Origin: Eledone cirrhosa
Lineage: Eukaryota
Direction: 5' to 3'
NCBI GenBank assembly: GCA_964016885.1
Contig: OZ024743.1
Coordinates: forward strand, 346,208,001-346,272,000
Length of the DNA stretch: 64,000 nucleotides
Part shown: piece by piece, positions 14,051-25,422 of the stretch
How positions within the stretch are numbered: the first letter of the stretch is position 1
How the letters are laid out: every line of letters starts with the position of its first letter
The notes under the pieces: model-generated
What the model saw: only the letters and a program-made list of their open reading frames with translations
What the model was told of the DNA's origin: nothing
Database searches by the model: none
Made by a program: the position numbers and the translations under genes

Positions 14051-14277
14051 ATATATTCTTATTCATTACCTATGTTGTCTATGTTTTAATACAACTTTAA
14101 ATTCTCAGTTTTTTTTATAGAATCATGGCAAACAGATTTAGCGATCTCTAATGGAATTAATTAAATCTAACCCACCATAATTTTAATTCTCGAATTAGAT
14201 TGTACATAAATAGGAGTAACATGTGTTCTATGTAACTATACATATTATATTATAAATGTAGTAAAGGTGGTTATTTG

Positions 14278-14360
14278 CCTTTCATCCTTACGGGGTCGAT
14301 AAAATAAAGTACCAGTAATACACTGGGTATTTGCTGGCCTTGTGCCTAACGTAGAAACAA
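14278..14360 (+). mobile_element. 5'-truncated Nin-type SINE with a long target-site duplication
   Basis: SINE 3' half flanked by the direct repeat ttataaatgtagtaaaggtggttatttg (14250-14277 and 14361-14388). Confidence 0.85.
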
Positions 14361-15559
14361 TTATAAATGTAGTAAAGGTGGTTATTTGTAGTACTTTTAA
14401 TTAATTCATAAAATTTGAGACGTTTGACGATCGGCGTTTATATTAATTATTTCAAATCTTGGTTAGGTTTACAATACTATTAGGGGGTATTCTAATTATT
14501 GTAGATTAAAGTGCCGTTTATGTGTAAGTGTTTGCATGCGTGTATGTGTGTGTGTGTGTATGTGTGTGTATGTGTGTGTGCTCAGCTGTGTCCATGCTTT
14601 AATAAATATGGGATAATTTGTATCTAGGGTTTTCAGAGAACAACTGGTACATTTATGATTTAGAACAAATTAATGGAACTTGCGTTTAATCTATGGGTGG
14701 CTATGAATGTGGAGACAAATAAACAATGATTTTCCAACTGCTGCATTTCTTCTTTTCAGATTAGTTTATGATATCTGCCTCTTATTCAAGCGAAAGGAGG
14801 TGATTTAATATCAGGACACGATTTCTTGAACAAGTGAACATGGTAAGGACCTTGCTCTTTATTTATAGCTTGTTTTCTATGTAGTGACGAGATGGCAGTA
14901 GCATGGTGAGTCTAATTTAAATGGTATTCTAGATTTTGAGTCAATAAAACCTACATGGGTTTTCAATTTGAGCCAACTCTGCTGATGTAAATCTTCTCAA
15001 CAAGCAGAAAATTTATTGTGAGAAAGATGTATTTGTTGTCTATTTATTTCTCATCGAAAGAATGAAGCACCAAGTCACGGATAATTTCAAAGTTTTAGAA
15101 TCGATGAAATATTATGATCGACCTAAGAAATCTCCAATTTTAAACATTGCAAAATATGTTTATGAAAATGATGAGACTGAATGACATATTTTCGGAGTCA
15201 GAATAAAAAGAAATCAACAGGCTCCACATTTCAGAATATAAAACGTAAATCCATCAGTTTTATATTTGTTTAAATTTATTTTAAATATCTTAGCAAGAAT
15301 GTTAACCACTTTAAACAATAGTCTTTAATTCTTTTATCTAAGCCCATTTTTGCAGCGTCTTTTAACACAATATAGGTGCTTTTGGCGCGTTGTTGAACCT
15401 AATGTAACGGGTTTACTATTAAAATAAATTTGTCAACACAAGTACTGCGGTTGGGTGAAATTGGTAATAGTGGAAATAGTTTTTCATGTATGAATATATG
15501 TAAAGATGATGAAAATGATAGTGTAGGGTTAGAGTTGAAAGTGTTGATTAGAGAGGAGA

Positions 15560-15745
15560 TAATTGTTTCTACTTTTGGCACAAGGCCAGCAATTACCCAG
15601 TGCATTACTGGTACTTTATTTTATCGACCCCGTAAGGATGAAAGGCAAAGTTGACTTCGGCGGGATTTGAACTCAGAATGACAAGGGCCGTAACTCTATG
15701 CGTCAAAGCATGGCGTCCGACCCTCTACCGATACTGTTACTGGAG
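15560..15745 (-). mobile_element. Nin-type tRNA SINE
   Basis: Reverse complement of the 10514 element. Confidence 0.85.
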
Positions 15746-16594
15746 TAGTAGTGGTTGTTATTTTTATTGTTGCTGTTTTGGTGGTGCTGGTTGTGTGTTG
15801 GTGGTAGTTTTTTTCGTTAGAGATGTTTCTGGTTGTTCTTCTTGTAGTGGATGTGGTGGTCACTTTGGGTGTAGTGACAGAGGTAGTGTGATCATTTGTG
15901 TTATTGATGAGGGTATTAGTGAGGTGTGGCTATAGCCTTGGTGTTTGAACGAAAACGATGTTAAAGACGTTGAGCGGAAACATTTGTAATTACTATGAGA
16001 ATAAAGTGTTTGGTGGAAATAGGAGAACTAGAGAGAGAGAGATATATATATAGAGAGAGAAGGAGAGAGAGAGAGAGAGACTAAGAAGGGGCGCGAGAGG
16101 TTGGTGTACGTGGTTGTTAGTGCGTTGGTCTACATGTCTTTGTGTGCGCGTGTGTGTGAGTTACAGATGAGGAGTGAGCTATGTATAAGGTGGGAGTTGA
16201 CACCAAGAAGAATGAGATTTGGTAACAAAATTGAATGAAAAAACCATGAATGGGACCAAATAGAACACAAAGGTAGCAGGGGCTAAATGGGGAGGCGGGG
16301 GTAGAAATTGGAAAGAGTTACATTTATATTTAAATCACTTCTTCTTACCATCACCGAACAAGCAAACCGCTCTTACTAAATTATGAACCGACAAAAAGAC
16401 CTTAACCACACCACTCTTAGACAATAGATTTTTAGCTTAGACGAAGTTTCTCTCTATATATCTGCCCTCACCCACTATAGCTATCAACTTTATTACTGAC
16501 AACTTCATCGCCTCTACCGATCTCATACCACTAACATTCATGAGTTTCTTTCTGTCACCATGTGCAACAACTTATTCTATTTCGAAGTTTCCAT

Positions 16595-16668
16595 CTACAA
16601 TGAGATTTCCAGTTCGAGGGCTCCATCTGCAAGCATATTTCTTCGGTGGGCTACGTGTATCTGTGTGT
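16595..16668 (-). CDS. Candidate terminal coding exon of an unidentified host transcript
   Basis: Non-repetitive sequence with acceptor ttttccacttttgcaatatctcAG. Phase-1 reading TQIHVAHRRNMLADGALELEISL-stop. No homolog recognised. Confidence 0.25.
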
Positions 16669-16966
16669 CTGAGATATTGCAAAAGTGGAAAAATACACAA
16701 TTCAAATTTGACACAATCATGAGGTGGACGAATAAGTGGTGCGTTGTTATACAGACTATACAAAAATGATATCAAGATCAAGATGAACTGTCGAATCAGT
16801 ATGTTTCGCCGAATGGACCAATAGTACTATATATAGCGCACGAATCTGTACATCCATTTCGGCATTTCGTGTTGTCTATATAGGATATCGTTCTCTATTA
16901 CAACATCCTTGTGCTTGTGTCAAGTTGTAATTGTATGTTTCCCATGTATATATGTATATATTGATA

Positions 16967-17180
16967 ATTACAACAGTGACATAAACAGATACTCAAATTT
17001 CATTGGGTTCTGGGCCCCAATTTCTTAAGCCTGTTATAAGAGGCTGAAGAAATTAAGGGCCCAAAACCCAACGAAACTTGAGTGCCTGTTTATGTCACTG
17101 TTGTAATTATTTATACTAAACTCGTCCTATGGACCGAGTGCTCTTACTCTTGCCTATTTCCACTTAACATTTACTTCTTT
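16967..17180. mobile_element. Fold-back short PLE derivative with two degenerate head-to-head hammerheads
   Basis: Palindrome at about 16967-17108. Consensus of the two arms is aacagg-CTGAAGA-stem II (attggg/cccaat)-GAAA-cttgag-TA-cctgtt. Followed by ctcgtcctatggaccgagtgct and a TA tract. Confidence 0.7.
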
Positions 17181-17215
17181 ATATGTATATATATATATGG
17201 GAGGATATATGTGTA

Positions 17216-17320
<105 letters not shown>

Positions 17321-17880
17321 ATAGAGGGAAATAAATCTATATATATAGTGAGAGAGGGATGAAAGTATGAGGTAAAGACAGACTTAAATACATATTTGGT
17401 GATATCACATGAGCAAAATGAAAGACCACACGAGAAATCACGGGCCTAATAATTACTGGGGTTAGTAATTATCCCCATGAAACTAAAATATATGCGGGTT
17501 TGTATTTTTGGTATGTGAGTAAGTGTATAAAAGAGAACTATAGACGTAGGGATAGAGAAAGGAAAATAAAGTAGGAAAGCTAAAAATGGGTTAGGAGGAA
17601 ACGAAAGACATTGTTTATGGTAATAGAGAATGTTAGTGGGGTAGAGAAGAGGGACTAGTGAAGGAGACTAAATTACAAATATACCTAAATAGGATTGTTT
17701 TGATATTCCAGATAAGAAGAGATTCTGATTTAGAAGTGAAATTACAAGACGATCATATCTTATCTGTGATAGTTTGACCACACAGATTCTCCCCACCCTC
17801 TCACTCTCACTCTCTCTCTCTTTCTCTCTCTCTCCCCCCTCTCTCTCTCTCCCTCCTCTCTTTCTCTTTCTTTCTTAGAC

Positions 17881-17917
<37 letters not shown>

Positions 17918-18786
17918 AAGTAGTGACGAATAACACGGCTGTACAGTAGGGTTTATTCCAAGAATTAACAAATGTTTCATCAGTCCGGTGTGTCTAAAAA
18001 CCGCTATATATATATATATTTATATATAAAAGAAGAAACAGGGGTTGTGTAGTTGTTGGATAAGTTGTATTTATAAATAAGAGGAACATTTTCCATCATC
18101 AGTTGTCTGCGCGGATCACTGATATTTCTACGCAATAAAGACAAGATATCTAGCGCCAGTGCGTCACTAGCTAAAGGAAATTATTGGGAAAAAAGGGAGA
18201 CAGAAAATATATATATAACAGAAGGGTAGAGGGAAGAAAAAGGAAAAAAACAGCGAAAAAAACCGGAAAACAACAAACCGAAGCACATGTGTGTGGGCAA
18301 CTCGAACATAGAGAGAAAAAATATGTGTAGTATGATTGCTAGGATACGTCCATAAGCGGTAAGCCGGTTGAGCACTCTATGCTCCTTCGGAGCTGTGTAT
18401 GATAATATGGAAAACGAAGAATCAGTGATGCATCGGAACACAATTTATTACGTATTACTAGTGATTTTGAAGCAAATTCTCTTTCTAGAAAGAAAATTTG
18501 CTTCAAAATCACTTGACGTATCTGAGGAACTTGCGAATCCAGAGTCAGGTTCGATCGACAAACAGATCCAAACTCAAGCTGTTCGCCGGCGAAACAATTG
18601 TAAATAAATTGTGTTCCGATGTAACGGTTAAACCCACATGTAATAATTTTTTACACACATCTCACTGTGTAACACACTTCTCTCTGTGTAATATATTTGT
18701 ATTTGAGCTCAGATAAAAATTCTCTGTTCTTCTTCGAGCTAGTATTATTATTATTACTGTGAACTGCGGAATACTTTAATTCCGAT

Positions 18787-18822
<36 letters not shown>

Positions 18823-18825
<3 letters not shown>

Positions 18826-19179
18826 GGAATGACGCAAGACAAATTCAAAACGCGTTATTACTCACATGTCGCATCCTTTCGACATCCAGAAAAAAGATTT
18901 ACAACAGCTCTGGCTAGCAGAATTTGGGATTTGAAAGACCAAGGCATCCAATATAAACTAGATTGGTCAATTTTGAACCAATCTAAAAAATATGCTAGAG
19001 GAACAAGAAAATGCACGCTCTGCATATATGAAAAATTTTGGATATTGCAAAATCTAAAATCACCAAAGACCTGCCTGAACACAAAGACGGACATTTTCAC
19101 CAGCTGCCCACACATGAAATCACACCTGCTTTCCAGCTCATATAAACTTAACACACTTTCAGATACTTATCCTCCATAA
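18823..19179 (+). pseudogene. 5'-truncated PLE GIY-YIG endonuclease C-terminal fragment
   Basis: GMTQDKFKTRYYSHVASF..TALASRIWDLK..CTLCIYEKFWI..CLNTKTDIFTSCPH is homologous to the end of the 42390 ORF. It begins directly at a (TA)n tract. Confidence 0.85.
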
Positions 19180-19406
19180 ACTCTTATTATTCTCTTTTTA
19201 ATTACCCTTTCTGACTTACTTTCATTTTTATCCTTGTCAATAATTTCATTTATTTTTATTTTTATTTTTACTTCATATCCACACCCCCCCCCCTTTATTC
19301 TCCGATTCACTTTCCATTTTTTACTTCCCCTTCTTTTACTTCCCTTTTTCCTCCACTAACTGATTACACTTGTCTTTTGTGTTTTTCAATCCAGATATAT
19401 TTTTCA

Positions 19407-19437
<31 letters not shown>

Positions 19438-19657
19438 TTTGCGCAGCCTATCTTACAATTTTATATTTGTACTTATTTATCCACAAGTTTTTTACACCCT
19501 GTATCAATATGGCTGAACGCCTTAATGTGTGTATACTTTTATATATGTACATGAGTGACTACGCATGTGCGCGCGCGTGCGTGTATGTATATATATATAT
19601 ATATATATACGATATTAAGTACGATATTAAATAAATGGAAACTATATTTATAAAACC

Positions 19658-19734
19658 ATATTTATTTCATTATATATATTTCAGGGATATCATATTAAAA
19701 ATATGGTATGCCTTCTTCAGACAAAATACAATAT
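19658..19734 (-). ncRNA. Minimal type I hammerhead ribozyme (family A)
   Basis: Reverse complement of the 21052-21128 motif. Confidence 0.75.
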
Positions 19735-21051
19735 AAACAGTCTTATAAATAGATAGATTTGACATACCTTACAACTTCAACTTCCATTTAAAAAGTTGAT
19801 TTGGTAGTGAAAAGTGTTAGGGACAGTTATAAAAAAGAAAGAAAGAAAAAAAGCGAAGAAAAAGAAGAAATGCATGCAACTAAATAGAGAGAGATAGATA
19901 TAGAGAGATAGATAGAGAGAAGAAATTCATGTAAAGAAACAGAGAGAGATAGATAGAGAGAGAAAAAACACAGAGGGAGATAGATAGAGAGAGAGAGAAG
20001 AGAGAGAGAGAGAAAAAATAGAGAGAGATAGATATATATAGAGATAGAGAGAAAGAAAATAGGTAGTTGGGCACCAGTTGAATGACGTATCAATGATATA
20101 TTTATTTATTTATTTATTTATTTAGTTCTAGTATTAAGGTAGAGAGAGATATATGTGGTTAGGGGAGAAAACAGCCGTTACATAGAGAGAAAAGAAAAAT
20201 ATCCAGATATAAACGAGGCAGATTTAAAACATTATGTTTCATCAATGTAAAAATATCAATTCGTATGAATTAGGTATTATAATGTAAATATCAGTATTCA
20301 TGAATGAGACACGTATCAATAATGTGTGAAAAATAATGATCATGTGTCTAGTTTAAAATTCCTATGTTTATATCAGAGTTGAGTTAAAAAATGAGTTTTT
20401 TAACTCAGTTTTTTTTTCACAACTCTGATATAAACCTAGGAATTTTAAACTAGACATATGATCATTATTTTTCACACATTATTGATACGTGTCTCATTCA
20501 TGAATACTGATATTTACATTATAATACCTAATTCATACGAATTGATATTTTTACATTGATGAAACATAATGTTTTAAATCTGCCTCGTTTATATCCGGAT
20601 ATTTTTCTTTTCTCTCTATGTAACGGCTGTTTTCTCTCCTAACCACATATATCTCTCTCTACCTTAATACTAGAACTAAATAAATAAATAAATAAATAAA
20701 TATATCATTGATACGTCATTCAACTGGTGCCCAACTACCTATTTTCTTTCTCTCTATCTCTATCTATATCTATCTCTCTCTATTTTTTCTCTCTCTCTCT
20801 CTTCTCTCTCTCTCTATCTATCTCCCTCTGTGTTTTTTCTCTCTCTATCTATCTCTCTCTGTTTCTTTACATGAATTTCTTCTCTCTATATATATATCTC
20901 TCTATTTAGTTGCATGCATTTCTTCTTTTTCTTCACTTTTTTCTTTCTTTCTTTTTATAACTGTCCCTAACTTTTTCACTACCAAATCAACTTTTTAAAT
21001 GGAAGTTGAAGTTGTAAGGTATGTCAAATCTATCTATTTATAAGACTGTTT

Positions 21052-21128
21052 ATATTGTATTTTGTCTGAAGAAGGCATACCATATTTTTAATATGATATC
21101 CCTGAAATATATATAATGAAATAAATAT
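21052..21128 (+). ncRNA. Minimal type I hammerhead ribozyme (family A)
   Basis: CTGAAGA at 21066-21072, stem II AGG..CATAT/ATATG..CCT, GAAA at 21104-21107, TATATA stem III, AUA triplet, stem I with G-U pairs. Confidence 0.78.
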
Positions 21129-21257
21129 GGTTTTATAAATATAGTTTCCATTTATTTAATATCGTAAATATACTCCAAGTACTTGTTGAGTGCTTTTATA
21201 TCAGTTATAAATATTTACTCGTTGTAACCCAACAATTTAAATAAAACTTTGCATATA

Positions 21258-21354
<97 letters not shown>

Positions 21355-22134
21355 ATATATGTGTGTGTGTGTGTGGTGTATGTATATATTATGCGTATGT
21401 GTATGTGTCTTTATATCCGTGTTTTTGACATCTCGGTTTTATGTTTTGTTCCTTTTTTCTTCCCCCCCCCCTTTCCTTTTTTTTACTTACTCAGTTTTAT
21501 GCGTGTGCATGCAAACAGGTTCATATGCGTGAGTATAAGTATGTGTGTGTGTGTGTGTGTATGTACGTATCGAACGTATGGATGTGTAAGTGCGCGTGTG
21601 TATATAAGCATATATATTTTTACATTTCTTTTGTGAGACATGCGTGTCTGTGTATGTATGTACCCTTTTTTTGTCTTCTTTTCTTTAATTTTTTCTTTCT
21701 AAAAATATTTTTTCTTTCTAATTTGTTACATTTTTATAAACATATCGAGATTGATACTTTTCTTTTAATTATTACACTCCCTTACCTCTTTTACTTCCGC
21801 ATCTAAGTGTACGAGTGTGCAGGCGTTTTATGCGCGCGCCTTCATATTCATATATTTATGATGTAACTATTCTGTCTGTAGATTACAGACATATAGATAC
21901 ATTTGCCCTAAATTTTAGAATTACGCACACTTTCTCACTATACGTATACATGTGTGCATATACATATATGCACATCTGTGAGCATATATACATACATATA
22001 CACACACCTAACTATATTTCTTGATAGATTTTTATATATTTCAATTTCTATTTCATTTGTCTATATCTTTTTTTTTTTTTTTTTTTTTTTTGATTTTCTT
22101 GATGAGTTTTTCTAAGTATTTACCCATGTTTTGT

Positions 22135-22212
22135 ATTGCCTCGTCTGACGAACGAATGAAGTCGTTTATTTCGTATTCGCCTCATTCGGGAAACCTCTGG
22201 TAATGAGGTAAT
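22135..22212 (+). ncRNA. Type I hammerhead ribozyme with a long stem II
   Basis: attgcctcgt-CTGACGA-a-cgaatga...tcattcg-g-GAAA-CC-tct-GG-TA-atgaggtaat. 10-bp stem I, GUA triplet, about 100 bp upstream of a (TA)n junction. Confidence 0.8.
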
Positions 22213-22312
22213 TATATTGTATTGATTTTTATACATTAAATTTTGCTCTGATACTTACATAGAGCACTCTTCATTTCTATGATCTTTTCTGTTTCCAACG
22301 GAAATTTCAATA

Positions 22313-22380
<68 letters not shown>

Positions 22381-22383
<3 letters not shown>

Positions 22384-22910
22384 TAGATTGAGTTAGAAAC
22401 GCAAAGTAGTCTTTTACAATTAAATAGCTCAAAGAAGGGAATCTTTCCGAGCCGTGTAATATAATTGAATATATGAGAGGGATGAACACATATATAAGTA
22501 TACATGTGTTGCAATTGCAAATGACCAAGTTAGCTAGGTTGAAAAATACTAATTTAAAACAATATGGTTTGCTTGGCTCGCTTTAACATAATAAATCAAT
22601 AAAAATAACAAACCTATATCGGACAGACATAAATATGTTTCCGAATATTTATTAAGTGAAAGCTAGAATAATTCCCGTGCTCTTCTGCGGGTATCCAGAA
22701 AAATTCGTACCTTTCACTTCAAAGGATCTAAGAAGACTGAACGATGCGCGGCTATAAACGCACATGCTACAGCTCCTAACGCCTCTCATACTCATGCCGC
22801 TAAAAATACCAGGTGGGTTTATGAGAGGAAAGTTAGCTCTACATACATACGGAGCCGAGAATATCATAGATTGACTTAGAAACAGAAAATAGTATTTTAC
22901 AATTAAATAG

Positions 22911-22913
<3 letters not shown>
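22381..22913. mobile_element. ~530-bp element bounded by ~50-bp direct repeats between microsatellites
   Basis: tcatagattga.ttagaaac..aaa.tagt.ttttacaattaaatagctc at 22381-22430 and 22864-22913. Confidence 0.55.
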
Positions 22914-22958
<45 letters not shown>

Positions 22959-23179
22959 TTCTGCATATGTGATTTTTATGGATGGGTAGAAAAAACGTTA
23001 TTGGTAATATTATGGAAGTAAGAATGTATATCTGCAATTATATATGTCTATGAGTGTATGGTATCTGCTGTACTGCAGCTGCAACGTCGATTAATACCCA
23101 TTATGATCATTAAAATGTATATATATATATATGTGTGTGTGGAGAGGGGGGGGGGTATGTGTGTATATATATGTACATC

Positions 23180-24895
23180 TATGATGGTTTTTCCGGCTGC
23201 GGACGGCAGATAATGATCCAGCAAACATGTGCAGCCTCGAACCTATCCCATATGCTGAGACGTGATTTCAGTGCCACACGCAACCTTCAGCTCATCTTTT
23301 AACCGGAGGCCCTGTCACCAACTAGACCTGTCTCTATTTTTTAGCTGAATAAACTACAGCTGCTTGGCAAACATGATGCATGTACCCAGGCCATCTCAGA
23401 TTTGTTTGATTTAGATTGCCTCCATACTGATGATACTCCAGCGTTTAAGTACCTCGCTGTTTTCTGATAATGTTTGACCTTTTCATGCGAGATAGTACTC
23501 ATAAGCATGCCTCGGGGCCATGAAGAAGTGTGCTGTGTGCAAAGTTTTTATAAACTTCAACCTTCACCCTCAAAGACACATTACTACAATTCAACAGCCT
23601 GTGATACAATTTGGCAACTCAGACTTGACCATTGCAATTTCGTTCTCTACTTCTTCGTTCATTTTTGTATCACTAGTTATGACTGAGCCGGGGTAAACAT
23701 TAACTGTCTTACTATGATTGCCTTCACATACACTGTGTTGGTAGAGCAGGTGGCTATTGCCCGGGGATAGGCTGATAAGGGACCTCTGTACATTTTATGC
23801 ATCATAAAAAAACATTCAGAATAGTTTACAGGCCTGTCAACATGTGGCCAATCATTTGCAACCAGAAGATCACGGGCTATTTAGACAAGAGTCCTTGTTT
23901 TTGCTTTAAGCCGTTGCTGTTTGTTAAGAACTCCTGTTGTGTGAGACCCCAAACAAGTTCCCTCATTGATATATTTAAAATTATGCAGCAGTATCACTGA
24001 GAAATACAAAGCGAAAAGAAAAAGTGGCTAAAACGCATCATTGTGTAGTCCCTTTGGTCACAACAAAAGGTTCTGTATAGTCACCATCAGAGGTAACAGA
24101 TGCTTTCATTCTATAATGGTAGGATAAAATGATATCAAGCATTTTCTTCTGTATACCAAGTTTCTGAAGGACCATCCACAAGACATCACGAGACATAGTA
24201 TCAAATTACTCGGAGAGGTCAACAAAATGACACAATTTCTTTCCATGTTCCTTGGAATCCTTCCGCAGTTGTCACAGACTAAAAAGCATCGTTACAATGC
24301 TTCTTCCCGATCTAAACAAAGCCTGGTACTCAAGTATCACATATTTTGCCAGAAAAGTGTTAAGGTGGTTGAGGATAAAACAAGTATATATCTTTCCTGC
24401 AACTGACAAGTGACAAATGTTGTCGCATCTGTTACCCTTGTGTTTGTAAAGATTTAAAATTGAGGCAACTTTAAACTGCTGAGGTATAGAATATCCTTCT
24501 CATACAGTAGCTAAGAACTCAAAGCGTTTTGTTACCAAATTCTGACCGCAGTTTTAATTTCTGAAAGAGGTTTGTTTGACAGGCATTGCAATACAAGCTA
24601 CTGCGAAGGATTGATAATATCCATATTCAAGTGTGTGTATCTATTGAGAACATTTGAGAAATGTTCAACCCACACTTTGGTTATCTAGTTCTTGTGGGTT
24701 AATAATTAATTCGTTTTTTAAATGAAGACCTGGAGATGAACAATTTGAAATAGGACCGAAGATTCGTTTAAGGTTCTTATAACAAGTTTCTATATCAACT
24801 TTGTAAGCTGTTTCTTTTTCTTTTTTTCAACAGGTTTTGTTCCATATCACGATGTTTGGCCAGATCTCATCTCCACTTTAGTGTTCTGCATAGTT
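23180..24895 (-). mobile_element. Decayed RTE-clade LINE (RT region and 3' end)
   Basis: Minus-strand remnants such as DLS..FDTMSRDVLWMVLQKLG..MKASV..EPF.VTKG, with many stops. Confidence 0.7.
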
Positions 24896-24919
24896 TATAC
24901 ATGTAAATACATACATATA

Positions 24920-25422
24920 TGATAGCTGCAAACTCTGTCAAGAGTATTGCAATCGCTTGTCAGATTTAGATGTGTGACGCTCGGATATGGCTTTTCAAAC
25001 CCGCTAGAGACTTGCACTACTTCCAACACTGACGACAACTATGGATCTCCCTGGCTTGAGGTCCTGCATCAGGTTGCCCGTAAACCCTCACAACACCGTG
25101 GAGATCATAGTTCACTTGTTCTCTTTGTGGCTCCTGAGACCAGATTTGCTCAAGCAAATCTTTCCACACAGGGCACTTTCCACACTCAGGGCACTTAAAT
25201 TCAATGGCGACACCGGTCTATCGCAAACGCTGTTGGTGGATGATACTTTCAATGTTCCGACACTCATTTCTGTCAAGGACCTCAACATCACTCACATGCA
25301 TCTGTCACTTAATACCGAGCATCTTTCTGAGACACTGCTGGTGAAAGCGTTCTAGTCTGTGGATATGCCGTTTGTAGGCAACCCATGTCTCGCTTGCATA
25401 CAGCAAAGCTGACAGTACACAT
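24920..25422 (-). mobile_element. RTE-clade LINE, 3' part (downstream of the hAT insertion)
   Basis: LSALLYASETWVAYKRHIHRLERFHQQCLRKMLGIK continues in frame from the ..RLRVYAVCV peptide at 28170. Confidence 0.85.

Larger units (their letters stand above)
19620..21253. mobile_element. Large fold-back of a family A PLE 3' UTR/pLTR (arms ~750 bp)
   Basis: About 19620-20380 is the near-perfect reverse complement of about 20421-21166. The right arm continues to the family A terminus and (TA)n. Confidence 0.9.

Noticed and set aside
14760-14904. Two plus-strand exon-like segments with AG/GT boundaries
   Set aside because: The larger one has stops in all frames, and no linkage to other exons can be shown.
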